Origin: a virus
Length of the DNA: 64,000 nucleotides
IMG/VR virus record: IMGVR_UViG_3300023174_005299
Coordinates: 1-64,000 of that record
Direction: 5' to 3' (one strand)
This document shows positions 8,584 through 18,674 of the stretch, piece after piece. Positions within the stretch are counted from its first letter, which is position 1. Each line of letters opens with the position of its first letter. Both the position numbers and the translations under genes were made by a program. Under the pieces are notes generated by a model. It did no database searches. It was not told where the DNA came from and worked only from the letters and a program-made list of their open reading frames with translations.

Positions 8584-9782
8584 TGTATAATTTTGTTGAC
8601 TTGATATTTTTCATGTGCGGCATGGTCGCGATAGCGATTGCCTGCGCGATTCCATTCTTCGCCTCGTCCTGTCATAATGTCAATTACACGATCAATGGTG
8701 CCATTATTCCAGTCTGAAATCAATCCCATGTTGTGATGCGGATCACGCAACAAATTTTGCATCTTGTGATAAGCATCATCTATGCTCCAGGGAACGTAGA
8801 GCCTATTGGGGTCATTTGCAAAAGTTTCAGGGAAACTGCGATAAGCAGGATATAGAACGTTGGCTCCAAGCGTGTCTGCTTCACTGACAGTGTTTGATAC
8901 CCAATCTTGGAGAGCACAATTAAACAACACACGAGTATTGTTAAGGTGAGCATAGTATTCGTTCTTGGTTATGTTGTCAAATATTTTGAGTTTGCCTTCT
9001 GCCTCCATGCGCCGAGCACGTTCAACATACTCTGGATTGTTGCTTCGCAAAGGACCACCACTGTATATTGCAAATTCACAAGGCTCGCTGGTAAGTTCGC
9101 CATACATTTCAATCAAGTCCATAAAGAAGCCAGGCTGCTTCTCTTGATCAAATCTTGCGGCAAATCCCACACGACGTGGACGCTGATCAAATGCCTTGAT
9201 GTTCTCTGCACCACCAATGCGTTCTAACACTTCTTCCTTGCCAAATGCTAGGCCACTAATATTGTATATAGGAGCACGCCATCCAGCAATGCGCATATGA
9301 GCAACCATCTCTTCGTTTGTGGCGAGAACTCCATCCACGAACTCATTAACCATTTGTTCGTAGAGTCCCATCCATTTTGCCATACCCCATACATGTACGA
9401 AGTCATCAGGATCAATGGACTGAGCAAGACAGCGCACATACACGCGAGGACGTTGATCAGCAGGAACCTGATCAAGGATGTAGGGTAAACTCTCAATGCC
9501 GGGTTGAAACATGTCTTCAAAGTAGATAACATCTTCACTGGTGACCTCTCCGTTCTTCATCATTTGAACCAAGTTCATCATCTGACTCATGCCAAAGTAA
9601 CTGCGCCCATGTGCATCCAACACTTGACCTACTGAGATAGCTTGACTATTGTCAATGGTAGTTCCAGGAACATACACAACGTCAAGACCTCTACGGTCAA
9701 ACACACGTCGGTTCCACTCTGTTAGTTGTAGTGTGTAGCGGGCTTCGTAGCTTTCCAAGCCCATGTAGTAGAGCTTTTTCAT
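8580..9782 (-). CDS. GT-B (GT4-like) glycosyltransferase
   Basis: FAARFDQEKQP, ALQDWVSNTVSEA, YPAYRSFPE resemble the GT-B donor-binding region; ATG 9782 overlaps the upstream stop. Confidence 0.75.
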   Translation of the reverse strand: MKKLYYMGLESYEARYTLQLTEWNRRVFDRRGLDVVYVPGTTIDNSQAISVGQVLDAHGRSYFGMSQMMNLVQMMKNGEVTSEDVIYFEDMFQPGIESLPYILDQVPADQRPRVYVRCLAQSIDPDDFVHVWGMAKWMGLYEQMVNEFVDGVLATNEEMVAHMRIAGWRAPIYNISGLAFGKEEVLERIGGAENIKAFDQRPRRVGFAARFDQEKQPGFFMDLIEMYGELTSEPCEFAIYSGGPLRSNNPEYVERARRMEAEGKLKIFDNITKNEYYAHLNNTRVLFNCALQDWVSNTVSEADTLGANVLYPAYRSFPETFANDPNRLYVPWSIDDAYHKMQNLLRDPHHNMGLISDWNNGTIDRVIDIMTGRGEEWNRAGNRYRDHAAHEKYQVNKIIQ

Positions 9783-10009
9783 TGTTGTACTCTTGGACGG
9801 AAAGTAGGTCGAGCGTCCTGGTCCCACATGTCTTTGACATTTTTTCCTTGGGTGTACTTATTAAATTGTTGGAACGCATAACTTTTCCAGTTGTACAACT
9901 CGGCTTCGTTGTACCGATATCCAAATCGTTGACAGAACTCTAAGAAGTTTTCAAGATCTTCAAAGATCTGAGTCACACGGGGATTAGTAGTAAATGTAAT
10001 TTTTCCCAT
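9779..10009 (-). CDS. hypothetical protein
   Basis: 76-aa ORF with RBS (AAGG), translationally coupled to the glycosyltransferase. Confidence 0.6.
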   Translation of the reverse strand: MGKITFTTNPRVTQIFEDLENFLEFCQRFGYRYNEAELYNWKSYAFQQFNKYTQGKNVKDMWDQDARPTFRPRVQQ

Positions 10010-10023
10010 TTTTATTACCTTGA

Positions 10024-10467
10024 TTAAATTTTAATTGATTGAGTAGGGCGGTGAGTGTTGTACTGAATTATGGCACCGTTCTCACCATCTTCGGCGACTT
10101 CAATCCAGACACTACGATCTGGATATCGACTTGCTATTTGTATATATAGGTCATCACTGATCATCTCACAACTTTTATAGTTGAGTTCCAGTATTCCACC
10201 GGCATAGAGATTCTCCAGCCAACGTTTAAACTGGATGAATTCAATATCGCGATCATTATGAAAAACATCGATCCAAACTCGGAAATGAAAGATGTGTCTA
10301 TGAGGCACCCCAAGGAAAGACACATCATATTCATCACCGGTCGCCAATAGTGGATCAGTGGCAGCGGCAGGGTACTTGTGGATTCCTTCTTTGCGGAAGG
10401 TGACCCAGATTTTTCTATCTGCATATTGCTTGCATCTTTCAATTTGTTCTCTTTGTTCTTGATTCAT
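10024..10467 (-). CDS. dpdL: QueD-like T-fold protein, putative 7-carboxy-7-deazaguanine decarboxylase
   Basis: LGVPHRHIF matches the LxxxHRHxF signature reported for DpdL; also DIEFI, SCEMI, EVAEDGENGA; sits among folE, queD, queE and a TGT-like gene. Confidence 0.75.
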   Translation of the reverse strand: MNQEQREQIERCKQYADRKIWVTFRKEGIHKYPAAATDPLLATGDEYDVSFLGVPHRHIFHFRVWIDVFHNDRDIEFIQFKRWLENLYAGGILELNYKSCEMISDDLYIQIASRYPDRSVWIEVAEDGENGAIIQYNTHRPTQSIKI

Positions 10468-10973
10468 AATTTTGAATCTCCCTTGTAGTCATCCCAAGAA
10501 GTAAAAGTGTCACGGCTCATCAAGCTGTGTAGACTATGGCACCAAACGCCGGGATTGGTGGCGTCAAAGTCTTTGTCATCTATTTTTAACATTGTATTAT
10601 AATTCCATAGCTTTGTATATGGTATGCTTACTCGAATCTGTGGAATAAAGTTGCGATGCTCGCACAAACCACCATCATGAAATTCTTCCACATGGGTGAT
10701 TGGGATATCCAAACTACACAAATAGCCCTTGCTTAAAAAAGGCTGGATCATACTTTCCCAACGTTGCCATTCAAGTGCGCTATCAGGGTGAAAGCTGTGA
10801 TTGGCACCAAAGAAGATATGTTCGATGCCATCTGGATTTTTGCTAAAATGGTATGCAATTTTGTCAACTGGTTGTATGCCAACCACAAACAAAGTAGTTT
10901 TACCAAATGCTGGAGTACGCTCTACTTCGACCCCGGTAAAAAAATCAACATTGTCATGACCTTCTCGATTCAT
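10464..10973 (-). CDS. hypothetical protein between the dpdA-like and dpdL-like genes
   Basis: 169-aa ORF overlapping both neighbours (coupled); HIFFGANHSF motif. Confidence 0.65.
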   Translation of the reverse strand: MNREGHDNVDFFTGVEVERTPAFGKTTLFVVGIQPVDKIAYHFSKNPDGIEHIFFGANHSFHPDSALEWQRWESMIQPFLSKGYLCSLDIPITHVEEFHDGGLCEHRNFIPQIRVSIPYTKLWNYNTMLKIDDKDFDATNPGVWCHSLHSLMSRDTFTSWDDYKGDSKL

Positions 10974-12493
10974 TATACACTATCCTCTAATGCTGTCAGT
11001 AGTTCTGGGTTTAAATCATCTTCGGAATCCAAAGGATTGTCAACGTCAAACAGGTTGTTAAACATGGTATTGGCATTCACTGCTCGCTTACCAGTATAGC
11101 CACGAGTACCAATCACTCGTTCCCATATATTAGCATGATCATCAATAATTTGCAAGCTCTTCTGGCGATCCTTGGCTGCAAACACACGATTAATTACACT
11201 ACGGAAATCATACCAACGATCAGTTGGGTGCAACAGCATATCTGGTCCTTGCCCAGAATCATACACTCGATTTGCACGTTGTACTGCTTCAAGGTGCATC
11301 CAAGCATTGTGTCCCATGAGCAAGGCATAAGAGAAACTGTCCCATGATGTTTTACCTTCCTTGCCAATCTTATTTAGATCACCAGGCTTGTAAATGCAGA
11401 TATCGGATATCTTTAATCTACTGCTTATGGGACTATCTTCAAACTTGTCATGGATTCCATCTTGGCGCACAGCATCTCCAAACAGTCTTGAATCAAGTGA
11501 ATACTTTTTGTCATCCGCAGTGGCACTCATTCTATAACTCCACTTGTCACGATTCTCAGTAACAATTGAATGATAGAGTTGTCCATTTGCTGTGGCCAAG
11601 AATGGACTTGCGCAATCAAAGCTGATGGTAAAATTGGCATTGTGATGATATCGCACAGCACGTTGAATGTCTGTGAGCAACACTGCCCACTCTAATTTAC
11701 TGGTGCCCAAGAAGTGCATCCAATCATGCAGACCTTTTTCCAGCAAACCATCATGCATGAGGTTTACAATTCTCTTTAGCACAAGGTGCACATCACACAT
11801 GTTCTGCCCGCCCATGCCCCACCCATCAAAGGGCCTTTGGTGTTTGGCGGGGTCGCAGTAGTCTTTCATTAGACCGTACCAATGATCAGCTTCACCGTGA
11901 TTTGATCCTTGCAACACATTGAGAATCTTGACATCGCCATGACGATTGTTGATCCAGTATTCGTTGTTGAACTTACTGGCATTCACTGCATCATCATAGC
12001 TGTGAATGCCACAGGCTGCGGCAGCTTCTTTGTTGAGGTATGTCCAAGTTGGAATGTCCATGGTGAGCCCATGGGTGGCAATACCACACTGCCATTCCAA
12101 CACAGCTCGGCGTTTTTTCTCTGCGGCCTTGTCTTTGGGATCTGCCCATTGTCCGGGCCAAACACCTTTGGCAATTTGGAAACCACCCGAGTCACACAGC
12201 AATGTTGTGCCTGGCTCTCGATTCCTGAGCATGTCTTCTTTGGGAACATGTTTGGTAAGGTCCAAGTCAGCATGACCGGCACTGTAAAGACTCCACTTGT
12301 AGGGAAACAAAGCTTTTTGAGAATTCAACCAGTTCAATTGTTCCATGTCTGTTATACCTGCCGGCATTCGAGACTTGGGGATGTATTCATTAGATCGCTG
12401 TTTGCCTATGTAGGTTGCATAGAAACCCGACACTGCTGGTAAAAACAAAGCGTAGTCTAATTGTTTGGCGGTTAAGTTGTCTTGTTCAGTCAT
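10973..12493 (-). CDS. dpdA: tRNA-guanine-transglycosylase-like protein (DpdA-like 7-deazaguanine insertion enzyme)
   Basis: DSGGFQ, MDIP, LNVLQG, GWGMGG, MHFLG, SFDCASP are the TGT TIM-barrel motifs; deazaguanine gene context. Confidence 0.75.
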   Translation of the reverse strand: MTEQDNLTAKQLDYALFLPAVSGFYATYIGKQRSNEYIPKSRMPAGITDMEQLNWLNSQKALFPYKWSLYSAGHADLDLTKHVPKEDMLRNREPGTTLLCDSGGFQIAKGVWPGQWADPKDKAAEKKRRAVLEWQCGIATHGLTMDIPTWTYLNKEAAAACGIHSYDDAVNASKFNNEYWINNRHGDVKILNVLQGSNHGEADHWYGLMKDYCDPAKHQRPFDGWGMGGQNMCDVHLVLKRIVNLMHDGLLEKGLHDWMHFLGTSKLEWAVLLTDIQRAVRYHHNANFTISFDCASPFLATANGQLYHSIVTENRDKWSYRMSATADDKKYSLDSRLFGDAVRQDGIHDKFEDSPISSRLKISDICIYKPGDLNKIGKEGKTSWDSFSYALLMGHNAWMHLEAVQRANRVYDSGQGPDMLLHPTDRWYDFRSVINRVFAAKDRQKSLQIIDDHANIWERVIGTRGYTGKRAVNANTMFNNLFDVDNPLDSEDDLNPELLTALEDSV

Positions 12494-12846
12494 TTAATTA
12501 AGTGTTGTGCTAATACCATACAGCTCAGCCATGCCCACATTGTGTTAAATGCAACCAAGGTTGGCAGTAGTTTTTTGTTGCTTGCCCAGATCAGTGTAAG
12601 GCTTGTTAATAATGTAAGCCAATAAAACTGCCATAACGAAACACCAAAAATTAAGCCTGGAATGATAATTAATGCTTTAGCAGTCCAACTAGCCGCCTCA
12701 ACTTTGTTATAAAAGTGGTCCCAGTATTCTTTAGTGAACCACATGTTATAACATTCTCGAATTTTATCCCAGCCTGTTTGATGATAAGTGAATGCTACTA
12801 ATATTAGTGACGCAGTAGTGGCCCATACAATTTGTTCTAGTGTCAT
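12490..12846 (-). CDS. small integral membrane protein
   Basis: Several hydrophobic segments. Confidence 0.6.
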   Translation of the reverse strand: MTLEQIVWATTASLILVAFTYHQTGWDKIRECYNMWFTKEYWDHFYNKVEAASWTAKALIIIPGLIFGVSLWQFYWLTLLTSLTLIWASNKKLLPTLVAFNTMWAWLSCMVLAQHLIK

Positions 12847-13046
12847 TCTATTTTACCCCACTTAATTTTAAGCCATATTCGTTCATGAATATAGTAATCT
12901 ACACTTAGGAGAATATGCAGTGCTGTGGCAAAACCTGTAGCACTACTGATATCTCCTGTAAACAAATATGTCCATAAGATAGTAAACAACCATGCTGTCA
13001 CACGGTATGTCAACATCCTTACAACTGTTCGTTTTTTAGTTTCCAT
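12843..13046 (-). CDS. DUF2061-like small membrane protein
   Basis: ETKKRT...TYR...YYIHERIW...WG pattern. Confidence 0.7.
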   Translation of the reverse strand: METKKRTVVRMLTYRVTAWLFTILWTYLFTGDISSATGFATALHILLSVDYYIHERIWLKIKWGKIE

Positions 13047-13777
13047 TACTTGCTCTGTGCTGGCAATGTGTAGGTGTACACAGCAACACCAGAATTCACA
13101 ATAATCTGCATGGCACCCTCATCGCTGATTTTCATAATCTTGTCGCCATCCAGGTCCAGGATACTAATTACTTGTTTGACTGGCCAGCCCCAAGAGTGTT
13201 TCATAGAGCCAGTTATGCCGGATTCAAATACAAAGTCACCGGCATGGGTGCTGTGATCACCAAACGCAAACTTTAAATTGTTGTTGTCAACCCGTACTTT
13301 AAAGTTTGGTTGCTCACTGTTGGCCTGAGCCTGCATTTTTAATTTTGTGATACCACTGAGCTTGGGTTCAAATTCTATGTTCCAGTTAACTGGTCGCATC
13401 TTGGCAGTTTTTAATTGGTCAGACACAATCTCACTGCTCATGAATCTATAATCATTTTGAAAGTCCCCGCCAGCATTAGTAAAATGCAAGCCCACTGGAA
13501 CATCAACATCATTGCGATTTTGTTTAGTCACAGTGATATCAGCATTTTCGCGATACTCTTGAATGTTTAAAAGAATTTTTAATTTATCCAAATTGGGCAT
13601 ACCAAATGTACCCACAAAGTCTGATATTGGTTGCAAGAAGCTTGCTTGCAATACCACAGATTTGTCAGTGGCCAAGCCAGCAATCTCTGTCACTGTGTCA
13701 GTGCCAATGATTTTAACAAGGCCAATACAACCGAGGTCGTGTGTGTGTTCAACTAAGTCTAATAGATTATCTCTCAT
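13046..13777 (-). CDS. putative sliding clamp (T4 gp45-like)
   Basis: 243 aa, beta-rich, FGMPNLDKL...YTYTLP pattern, close to the DNA polymerase. Confidence 0.6.
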   Translation of the reverse strand: MRDNLLDLVEHTHDLGCIGLVKIIGTDTVTEIAGLATDKSVVLQASFLQPISDFVGTFGMPNLDKLKILLNIQEYRENADITVTKQNRNDVDVPVGLHFTNAGGDFQNDYRFMSSEIVSDQLKTAKMRPVNWNIEFEPKLSGITKLKMQAQANSEQPNFKVRVDNNNLKFAFGDHSTHAGDFVFESGITGSMKHSWGWPVKQVISILDLDGDKIMKISDEGAMQIIVNSGVAVYTYTLPAQSK

Positions 13778-13821
13778 GTGTTCTCCAAAAAATTTGATGG
13801 TGTATTTAGATTAAGTCTAAA

Positions 13822-14802
13822 TTATTTGCTATTATTACTGATTTTCAAGCTCTTGTCAACGATCTTGGCCAAAGCCTGACCGCCACGCAATGTACTCAAT
13901 GTTCCGGGTTTTTTAATCTCCAACCAGGTATTGCTGGCATCCAGATGCCGTTCAATTTCAACTTCGTAATTCAATGATTTAACAACTTTATGGACTTGCT
14001 GGGCAGGTGTGTAACACATGTAACTTCGTTCCACTAGTTCTACTCCGGCAGCGTTTTCACAGTTGTTGAATGTAAATGCAAATATGCCGCCGGGTTTGAG
14101 TTTTTGATACATTTCAGTTAGATACTGAGTCATTACTTCAATAGGTTTGTAATTAAAATAGTTATAGGCCAACACAAATCCAAATTGATGATCGGGAAGT
14201 TGGTGCAATATTGCTTGTGTGCCAGTTTCTTGTGTGCCAACTTCTTGAACCTGGTACATTCTCAATCTTTCCAGGTAATGTTGATTAAATTTGTCCTTGA
14301 TTGGATGAAACAATGCCAAGTCTTGATCAACAAGGTACAACGGATCAAGCCCCACTAGCATGTCAACCCAAGGCTCCAATCCTGGACGTAGAATCATTCC
14401 TGGGTGCCTCCAATCGCTGTATTTTTTTAGTCTCCCTGTGAGGAATTCTTCTGACTTAGATGACAACACCAGGCGCCGGTTGAGTAGGTATTCAACTGAG
14501 TCCTGGCTCTTACCTTCCAGGTATATACGATAACTGTCTTCCAAATATGTTGGTTGCAGTGTACCAACTTCTTTGATTAAATTGGATCTAAGATTTACTA
14601 TACTGTTATCAAATCTTTCAATGGCTTGACGCACCTGAGACAGGTTGAAATCAACTGCCTTGGTAAAGTTAGGATACTGTAGATCGTGTGTAGTGATTAA
14701 ATGATGCAGGGGTTCTAGTTCGCCAAACACAGCCTGACGGGCATTATGTTCCAACATAGAATCAATTAGATTTAGATATCTTACTATTGCACTGAGTTTC
14801 AT
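13822..14802 (-). CDS. methyltransferase-like protein
   Basis: C-terminal FGFVLAYNYFNY...LKPGGIFAF. Confidence 0.6.
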   Translation of the reverse strand: MKLSAIVRYLNLIDSMLEHNARQAVFGELEPLHHLITTHDLQYPNFTKAVDFNLSQVRQAIERFDNSIVNLRSNLIKEVGTLQPTYLEDSYRIYLEGKSQDSVEYLLNRRLVLSSKSEEFLTGRLKKYSDWRHPGMILRPGLEPWVDMLVGLDPLYLVDQDLALFHPIKDKFNQHYLERLRMYQVQEVGTQETGTQAILHQLPDHQFGFVLAYNYFNYKPIEVMTQYLTEMYQKLKPGGIFAFTFNNCENAAGVELVERSYMCYTPAQQVHKVVKSLNYEVEIERHLDASNTWLEIKKPGTLSTLRGGQALAKIVDKSLKISNNSK

Positions 14803-17459
14803 GAAAATTCAAATAAAGACTGTAAGGTGTTATCGGTATTGGTAGCTGACTCTAGACCCCAACCCAGCACCCCCAATAAATTGTCAACCTTGCCATCGAT
14901 CACAGTGGCTTCCATTTCACTGTCGTCAAATGGTAAATCTTTAAACCACTGTGGCAAATGCAATTCATCAGTGGGATAAGCAATTGATGTCCAACCCAAC
15001 GGGTTTGATTTTAACTTGCAAACAATCACTTTCATGCCATCAACCACCTGCATGCTGTAGTTATCGCTGTTCATGCGCCTTAAATTATTCCAGTTCATTG
15101 CGGCACGAACATGTCCAGGCATGTTGGCTTTGCCTAATCGAGTTTCTTCCGCGCCATACTTGGTCAAATTGTTGACACGTTTGGGTGAACCTTTTTCCCA
15201 ACCTGGGCGTTCTTTAAAGATATATTTGAATTCACGGATCTTTTCAATGATTGCATCTTTGCCGACCCCTTGCAGAACATCATTGAGGATGTCACTGAGA
15301 AATTCTTGAATCACCTTGGGCGTGTCACTGCGCTTCAAATCCAAGCCCATGGCCTTGACCTTGCCAGGCTTGCCTTCAACATCCAGGCGCTTGCCTTCTT
15401 TGTCAATGATCATCACAGCATAACGCTTTTTAGTAATGAACAGGCCTTTGCTGGCAACAATCTCTCGACCACCTTTGATGATGGATCCATTTTCTCTAGG
15501 ACAATGAAATGCTTGCTCCATGAATCCCGGAAAACTGGCATTAACTTGTTCAGCAATTGAATCATACAATTGGATACAAATTTCTTTTGACCACTCCATG
15601 CGACCTTCGTTGACTTCAGACTTGAGCACACCCCAGGCACTGAAATAACAACTATCAGTGTCGCCATAAATTATGGTTTCACCAGTGTGATCATATTTGC
15701 CAGTCACACATTCATTGACATAGGCATCCATGTGCTTGGCAATAGCACGACCTGTGAGTGTGGTACTCTGTCCAATACGCTTGTCAAAGAATCTGCAACC
15801 AGGATTAAGAATAGCGCCATACAGGCTGTTCAAGTTAATCTTCTTAACCAACTGACGTTTGTCCCAGTATTCTTCTTCGGCCTTAGTTGCACAAGCCTTG
15901 AGTTTGGCCTGCATTTCTTTACGTTCTGCATACCAACGTTTGAGCAAGCCTGGAATGATTCCTTCCTTGTCATAGGTGAAGATAGTACCGTTGGCTGACA
16001 GTATCCAAGGATGATTACTGTCAAAAATTATTTTCCAAATCTCTGCGGCACTGTGCACACTTTCATCACCGTCTTGCCAGTCAATGGTGATTTCCGTGCC
16101 ACGTTGTTGTTCCATCACAGCAGTGTATTCTAGGCTACCAAACAAACCCTCCCAGGCAGCCGCAAAACTCATGTTTTGTGACTGTCGGTCATGAATGTAT
16201 TTGTCGGTCATGACCGGTCTGAGTTGTCCAACAATTGTTTCGGGCCCCATGTTAAGAGCACGGATTGCTGACGGGTAGAGCGAGTTAATGTCAATGGAGC
16301 CAATGTATTCGTGAATCCCTTTTTTGGGATAAGCAACATAGGCACCTGCGGCTTGCGTATCATCATCTGTGAGTCTCTGTTGTCGGTTGGGAACTACTAA
16401 ACCACGTTCGTGGGCTTCATTGATAATTGCTTGTTCAGTAACTGCCACAGCACCCATGGTGGTTTGTAACAGCACTGTGTTTTCGTGTGCCAGGGTATTG
16501 GCCAAGTCCAAGAAACGCAGTTTCTTGTCAATGGCAGCTAGTCCATTTACGTCTTGCCGGTTGTACTCGATAAATGTTTTGAAATTTTGATTGTACAATT
16601 GATCAAGTGTGCCTTCAAACTTGGTTTTGCTGCCAAGGTCCTCATACTCAAGGATGGCATCTAAGCTATAACTATGGCGTTCTTCATATGTGTACTTGCG
16701 ATACAGTTGCATGTAGTCAAGATGTACACGCCCAATTAAATCATATGTTTGTTGCTCAGAACCAAATCGTTCAAACATGCGCGGCTTAGGCAGTTGATTT
16801 AGTAGACAAAATCGACGAGTGTCATCTTTGCTAAGGACTCGAATACATCTGTTGATGGTGTAGGGAATATCATAGCCCTCACTGTTCCAGCCACTGACCA
16901 CATCTGCATCTTCAATGAGATTTAAAAATGTGTCAATGAGTTCAGCCTCGGTTTCATACACAAAGGTGTTGGGGAATTCGGCAGCAATTTCCCTAGCAGT
17001 TTCTTGACTCATGTGCCGGGGCGGGACCACCACTGTTACTAATTGATCTAACCAATCCAAATACACTGATATGGCAGTGATGGGGTTGAATGGGTCATCG
17101 GGTCTGCTAAAACCACGCTCGGGATCAAAGTCTACTTCAATGTCAAAAAATGCTGTGTGCAGTTTTGGTCCGTCTTGACCTTTGTAGTTTTCTTCTAGGC
17201 ACCGAAAGATAGGATTGATATCACTCTCATACAATCGCTTGCTGGAGTGCATTTTGACTTCCTTGCGGAACTCTTTGTTGTTGCGTGTGCTGAAACGACT
17301 GACAGGTGTGCCATAGATGCTTTGAAACTTGCCTCTGGCATCGTCATAGTAAAAGATGTAGTTGGCAGGATACTCTCGGTATTGCCTTTCACCATCGCGG
17401 CGTTCCACAATGTGAATGCGATCGTGTTCACGATCAAAAAGTGCGTCAATATAACTCAT
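14799..17459 (-). CDS. DNA polymerase, family B
   Basis: Exonuclease FFDIEV, GWNSEGYDIPY, YNRQDV; polymerase DINSLYPS, KINLNSLYG, YGDTDS, KKRY. Confidence 0.97.
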   Translation of the reverse strand: MSYIDALFDREHDRIHIVERRDGERQYREYPANYIFYYDDARGKFQSIYGTPVSRFSTRNNKEFRKEVKMHSSKRLYESDINPIFRCLEENYKGQDGPKLHTAFFDIEVDFDPERGFSRPDDPFNPITAISVYLDWLDQLVTVVVPPRHMSQETAREIAAEFPNTFVYETEAELIDTFLNLIEDADVVSGWNSEGYDIPYTINRCIRVLSKDDTRRFCLLNQLPKPRMFERFGSEQQTYDLIGRVHLDYMQLYRKYTYEERHSYSLDAILEYEDLGSKTKFEGTLDQLYNQNFKTFIEYNRQDVNGLAAIDKKLRFLDLANTLAHENTVLLQTTMGAVAVTEQAIINEAHERGLVVPNRQQRLTDDDTQAAGAYVAYPKKGIHEYIGSIDINSLYPSAIRALNMGPETIVGQLRPVMTDKYIHDRQSQNMSFAAAWEGLFGSLEYTAVMEQQRGTEITIDWQDGDESVHSAAEIWKIIFDSNHPWILSANGTIFTYDKEGIIPGLLKRWYAERKEMQAKLKACATKAEEEYWDKRQLVKKINLNSLYGAILNPGCRFFDKRIGQSTTLTGRAIAKHMDAYVNECVTGKYDHTGETIIYGDTDSCYFSAWGVLKSEVNEGRMEWSKEICIQLYDSIAEQVNASFPGFMEQAFHCPRENGSIIKGGREIVASKGLFITKKRYAVMIIDKEGKRLDVEGKPGKVKAMGLDLKRSDTPKVIQEFLSDILNDVLQGVGKDAIIEKIREFKYIFKERPGWEKGSPKRVNNLTKYGAEETRLGKANMPGHVRAAMNWNNLRRMNSDNYSMQVVDGMKVIVCKLKSNPLGWTSIAYPTDELHLPQWFKDLPFDDSEMEATVIDGKVDNLLGVLGWGLESATNTDNTLQSLFEFS

Positions 17460-17513
17460 AGTCTCCGTTTGTGGCCGGTAAGCCGTGATGTGTGCTCGTA
17501 AAGTGAGCGGCTC
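17460..17513 (-). promoter_or_regulatory. GC-rich structured leader of the DNA polymerase gene (candidate translational operator)
   Basis: GCTC-N7-GAGC hairpin within an AGCC/GGCT stem, plus GGC-TTACCG-GCC next to the CGGAG RBS. Confidence 0.4.
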
Positions 17514-17602
17514 TTGTTGTTAATTATACACAATTTGCTTGACATTGTCAAGCTCATTTAGTATTTTTATTTGGTTAGTGATTGGTATATAAGCTTGCAT
17601 AC

Positions 17603-18670
17603 TCAAATAATACTGTTAAGAAATTGTAATGAAGATTGATTCTCGGACTCACACACTTTGTAAAAGTTTCCAGATAATATATGATTTTGATTGTGTAAGG
17701 ACGATTTGTGCACACAACTGGTAAGGTCTTTTAAATTGATGTCCTTGAGATCATCAATCAATTGAATAATTTGCTGGAACCTTGACAAATTCCCAGCATC
17801 ATTGTCCCAGTGTCGATTAAATCCGTAGTCAAACTGAAATCCTAGATTTTCTAATATCTTGTATGTATGGTATTGTCCTACTGGAACTAATGCTGTTCCG
17901 GCCACCAAACATTTGAGAGTTTTTTCTGTAATGTATGGCCCTGGGTAGATAAATTCTTTATCGTCGACTATCATATAACTGTAATGAAAGCTTTCGTTAG
18001 AAAAATGTACTACAGTATCGGTGTACCAGGGCTTCCAGGGATTACCGGATGATGTATGCTCGGTCTGTGCGTTTGAAAAATCATCTAAGCGAATTTCTTT
18101 GCCCTGGTATTTTTCTTGGAATTTTGTTGTAAGCTGATCTAAAACAGTATTTCCGGTCAGTTGCCAATTGTGTACGTTTTTATCTTCAATCCAGTTTCCT
18201 AAAATTATCAAACTCTCATCTGCGGCAACTTCAAGTAACTTAGTGGTAATCCAAACTTTACTCTGTGAGACTCGATTACAAACTGTGCTAAATTTATAAT
18301 TTCTCTCATGAGATACTGGATTGCCAAACCACTCAAGCATTAGGTCTGTCTGTACATGCCAATAAAAAAACGGCAGAAAAATCAGTCTTTCGTGGTCTGA
18401 CGGCATAGGTTCGCCGTCATATAAACAAATTATAGTTCCAGTTACTTGTTTAAGTTGTTCCGATAGCCAATCAAGATTGACTGCTTCTATGTGGTATGAC
18501 ACAAAATAAAAATCATAGCCATCTGGCAGACTTACCGTTTGATGCCAAGTAAGACCCAGTGCAAGATATATTTTTGCACTAGACTTAATTTGCTTGAGCC
18601 AGCTATATGCCGGAATGTCTGGCACCTGATCTTTTGGACCATGCCAGAGATTTGGATAAAACATTGGCAT
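17603..18670 (-). CDS. hypothetical protein, possible glycosyltransferase-like
   Basis: C-terminal NESF...ITEKTLKCLVAG...LENLGF pattern seen in GT-B-like phage proteins. Confidence 0.45.
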   Translation of the reverse strand: MPMFYPNLWHGPKDQVPDIPAYSWLKQIKSSAKIYLALGLTWHQTVSLPDGYDFYFVSYHIEAVNLDWLSEQLKQVTGTIICLYDGEPMPSDHERLIFLPFFYWHVQTDLMLEWFGNPVSHERNYKFSTVCNRVSQSKVWITTKLLEVAADESLIILGNWIEDKNVHNWQLTGNTVLDQLTTKFQEKYQGKEIRLDDFSNAQTEHTSSGNPWKPWYTDTVVHFSNESFHYSYMIVDDKEFIYPGPYITEKTLKCLVAGTALVPVGQYHTYKILENLGFQFDYGFNRHWDNDAGNLSRFQQIIQLIDDLKDINLKDLTSCVHKSSLHNQNHILSGNFYKVCESENQSSLQFLNSII

Positions 18671-18674
18671 GGTA

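Noticed and set aside
14799-17459. Intein or intron in the DNA polymerase
   Set aside because: 886 aa with contiguous motifs; no splice-junction or homing-endonuclease signatures
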